64,000 nucleotides of DNA. Source: Oopsacas minuta (Eukaryota > Animalia > Porifera). The DNA is taken from positions 155,807-219,806 of the forward strand of contig JAKMXF010000301.1 in NCBI GenBank assembly GCA_024704765.1, written 5' to 3'. The position numbers were made by a program, and so were the translations under genes. Positions 61,631-64,000 of the stretch are shown piece by piece; within the stretch, counting starts at the first letter, position 1; the number at the start of each line of letters is the position of its first letter. The notes under the pieces are model-generated. The model searched no databases. It saw only the letters and a list, made by a program, of their open reading frames with translations, and was not told where the DNA came from.

Positions 61631-63467
61631 AGGGAATCTATGGGTAATAGACGAATACAGATTTCTCGATCTCATGATTCGCATACTAGTGACTCTGAAT
61701 GCTGAATTAAATTATTATCTGATTATCATATTATTATTTAGAATTTTCATAAATATCCATTGTATAAGTTATAGTGGAATACTATATGGGGTATATTAGG
61801 TGTGTTATACACAATAGAGGGGTACACTATGTCTATTTAGGCACGATAGGGGGGTGCATAATCACAATAAGGGGGTGCTGGGCTCCCAAAAAGGCTTCGC
61901 GAGAACACTGTGCCTTACATCACGTATATATTTTAAAGCGCTTGCAGACTTTCCTCATCGTTAAATAGCTCAAATTACTCTACTAATCGCAGACTATATA
62001 TTACAGAAGTGTTTAGGCAGTTTTTAGGCGGACTTTTGATGCTCCTAAATAATCACATTAGGGACCAGGCAAGAATAGACCTTCCCTAAATCAATATACT
62101 TCCTCTGAATATTTTGAACAGCTCCTGACTGATCTTGTCATTCTAATCACTGAATGTAGGGAAAATATTCCGTACATTTTAAGAACTCTTAAACCGCCGT
62201 ACATTCCTAGATTTCTTGAAATTATTGATCGCTTGCTGCACCTGCTTGTACTTTTGAATCTTATATCCAAGCGATCATGAAATATCCAATTACTCCTCCC
62301 ATTTATTGTGATCTGCAACCTCAATATTTTCGTTTGATACGCCACTTCCCCCATACCCCGTCACATAATCGCTCACTCTTTGCTCCCTCCCTTTTCCAAA
62401 CCATGGATCCGACACTGATTATCCTATCACATATGTTGACAACGTTCGTACAACTTTTGAGAATTTTACTCCTAGATTCCATAGTATTGTTTCAATGCAT
62501 TTCACTAATCCGAACGAATGAATTTGCAATTAGAACAGTACTATTTGGATTAGCGATGGTATACCATAATACATTTATCCTTCCCAATATGCTACGATGA
62601 GATATTATCGCAACTATTAAAATTCCCTAGAACTGATCTAACTTATCCCAGGCCCAAGTCCATCAATAATTATCATTTTATTAGTGTATAGAATGTTATG
62701 ATTTCGTTATTTGAAGAATACAGTAGCATATTGGTCAAAAATGACTCAATGTTCTGACAGCATAAGGTAAAAAAGAATTAAGTGCATTCATACATCACGT
62801 ATCGTTCTGTTTCGAGTTTCCATCAAGATGATCTACAAATCGAGTTTGACATTTTGGAATTTAACATTAGAGAGGGCAATGAATGGAAATCTTCTCGCTT
62901 ATGAGAAATTCATTCCTAACAATACATCGATGAAGTGTTACAAAAACCGCGGAAGGTAAAGAATAAGTCGCGAGCAGCCAAACAAGACATAAAAGTTTAA
63001 CGCGAATACTCCTCCAACGGTATTCCCACTAAAAGCGAGGGCTGCCTGTAGCTATTTGGAGTGGAAGATTGATTAGAATTGAAAGATTAATATGATTGAA
63101 ATCATGTATGACGTGATGTGACAAGTGGAAGGCTGAATTAACACGAAATTTGTGAATTAGATAGTCAATTGTTATAAAATAAAATGTAAGCACACTAAAA
63201 AATTGTTGATATTTCTAGCCGTTCTACGAAATGTACATCGCGGCCACCAAAGGGACTCCATTTTTGGAACCAGTGATCTTAAATACACTCAGCTCAGCGA
63301 ATCCCCTGTATATTACATAATAAAATATTTACACGTGACTCACTGAAGCCATTACATATAATTATTGCAATTATATATGCAGTGCCTTTCCACTAGCCAT
63401 AAACTATTTAATAGGCTATTATACTACTACACTCAAGGTTAGATAAAATGCATTGGATATTAGAAAT

Positions 63468-64000
63468 TTATATTGAATAGAATAATTCATGGCGAGAATA
63501 GCTGTGCTGTTGATCATTATCAATATTAGGATAATTTGGAACCAAGGAATCTTGAAAACTAATATAGAGACTATTATAATATCTCCAATATACATCTCTA
63601 ATTTTTCTCGCTGGATGCATTAGACCTTGAATTAAATACAGTATTAATTGACTTGGGCCAATTGCATAAGAAAGTCCTTCAATTGCATCTCGTACAGCCA
63701 TAACCATATGGGGTGAAGTTTCAAATATATTAGGCCATACAAAATTTAACAGGTGACGAAGTGCATCTTCACACCCAAGACCAAATACTCCTAGTGACAT
63801 GTGTTTTACTGCTGAACATGAAGTTTGTCTGTGAACAAGATCCCTATCCATCAGTGCATCTTCGAGTAATGGAGTTACCGCATAAATATAATCCTTTCCC
63901 ATTTCGCCGATATATTCAAAGAGGAATGACATTGACTTCAGAACTCCGTGTTGTACATTCAATTCCGGAAGTCTGTATTCATTCATGAGGCCAGGAATTA
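63468..64000 (-). CDS. SF3B1: Splicing factor 3B subunit 1, C-terminal part (5'-truncated by the window edge)
   Basis: [54 protein letters not shown]...[11 protein letters not shown] closely matches the conserved SF3B1 C-terminus; the frame stays open to 64000. Confidence 0.97.
   Translation of the reverse strand, partial: IPGLMNEYRLPELNVQHGVLKSMSFLFEYIGEMGKDYIYAVTPLLEDALMDRDLVHRQTSCSAVKHMSLGVFGLGCEDALRHLLNFVWPNIFETSPHMVMAVRDAIEGLSYAIGPSQLILYLIQGLMHPARKIRDVYWRYYNSLYISFQDSLVPNYPNIDNDQQHSYSRHELFYSI

Larger units (their letters stand above)
56578..61910 (+). mobile_element. hAT element (ZNF862-like transposase) with a nested Chapaev3
   Basis: 12-bp TIR CAG(G/T)GTTCTCGC and perfect 8-bp TSD TGCCTTAC (56570-56577, 61911-61918). 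Confidence 0.92.

Noticed and set aside
62091-62600. Overlapping short ORFs downstream of SF3B1
   Set aside because: No recognisable homology; this length is expected by chance.
180-63988. Most 60-120-aa ORFs in the supplied track
   Set aside because: They are antisense or off-frame shadows of transposase pseudogenes (e.g. 4225-4455, 18894-19256, 25929-26420, 47869-48126, 57476-57694, 63761-63988) or chance ORFs in AT-rich DNA.

Overview
AT-rich eukaryotic, most likely invertebrate animal, DNA dominated by decayed DNA transposons. I recognise only two host genes: an intronless KLHDC8-like kelch gene (28350-29423, +) and the 3' end of SF3B1 (63468-64000, -). The transposons include two intron-containing Ginger (Gypsy-integrase-like) elements, a maT/DD37D mariner, a Tc1, a Tigger/pogo, three hATs, two P/THAP9-like remnants, a NOF-like MULE with ~445-bp TIRs, two Chapaev3 copies and two RAG1-like/Transib relatives. 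Highlights: (1) Both Ginger elements (707-7094, 38682-45869) carry, just after their last ORF and inside their TIRs, the same 130-nt conserved non-coding block followed by a type III hammerhead ribozyme fold (6447-6505, 44715-44782). The two folds differ in ways that keep the stems paired and share a GGC/GCC loop-loop complement. (2) A fully delimited RAG1-like transposon (29801-32693, TSD CCTCT) has perfect CACAGTG heptamer ends, asymmetric bipartite TIRs (14 vs 23 bp spacers before a shared 12-mer) and a RAG1 NBD-like domain, but no RAG2-like gene. (3) Three elements end in deubiquitinase-like protease domains (OTU, OTU, USP-like). Positions 71-89 are the Nextera/Tn5 mosaic end, so the first ~90 bp are probably an assembly artefact. 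All calls come from reading the sequence by eye and from recalled family motifs; no searches were run.
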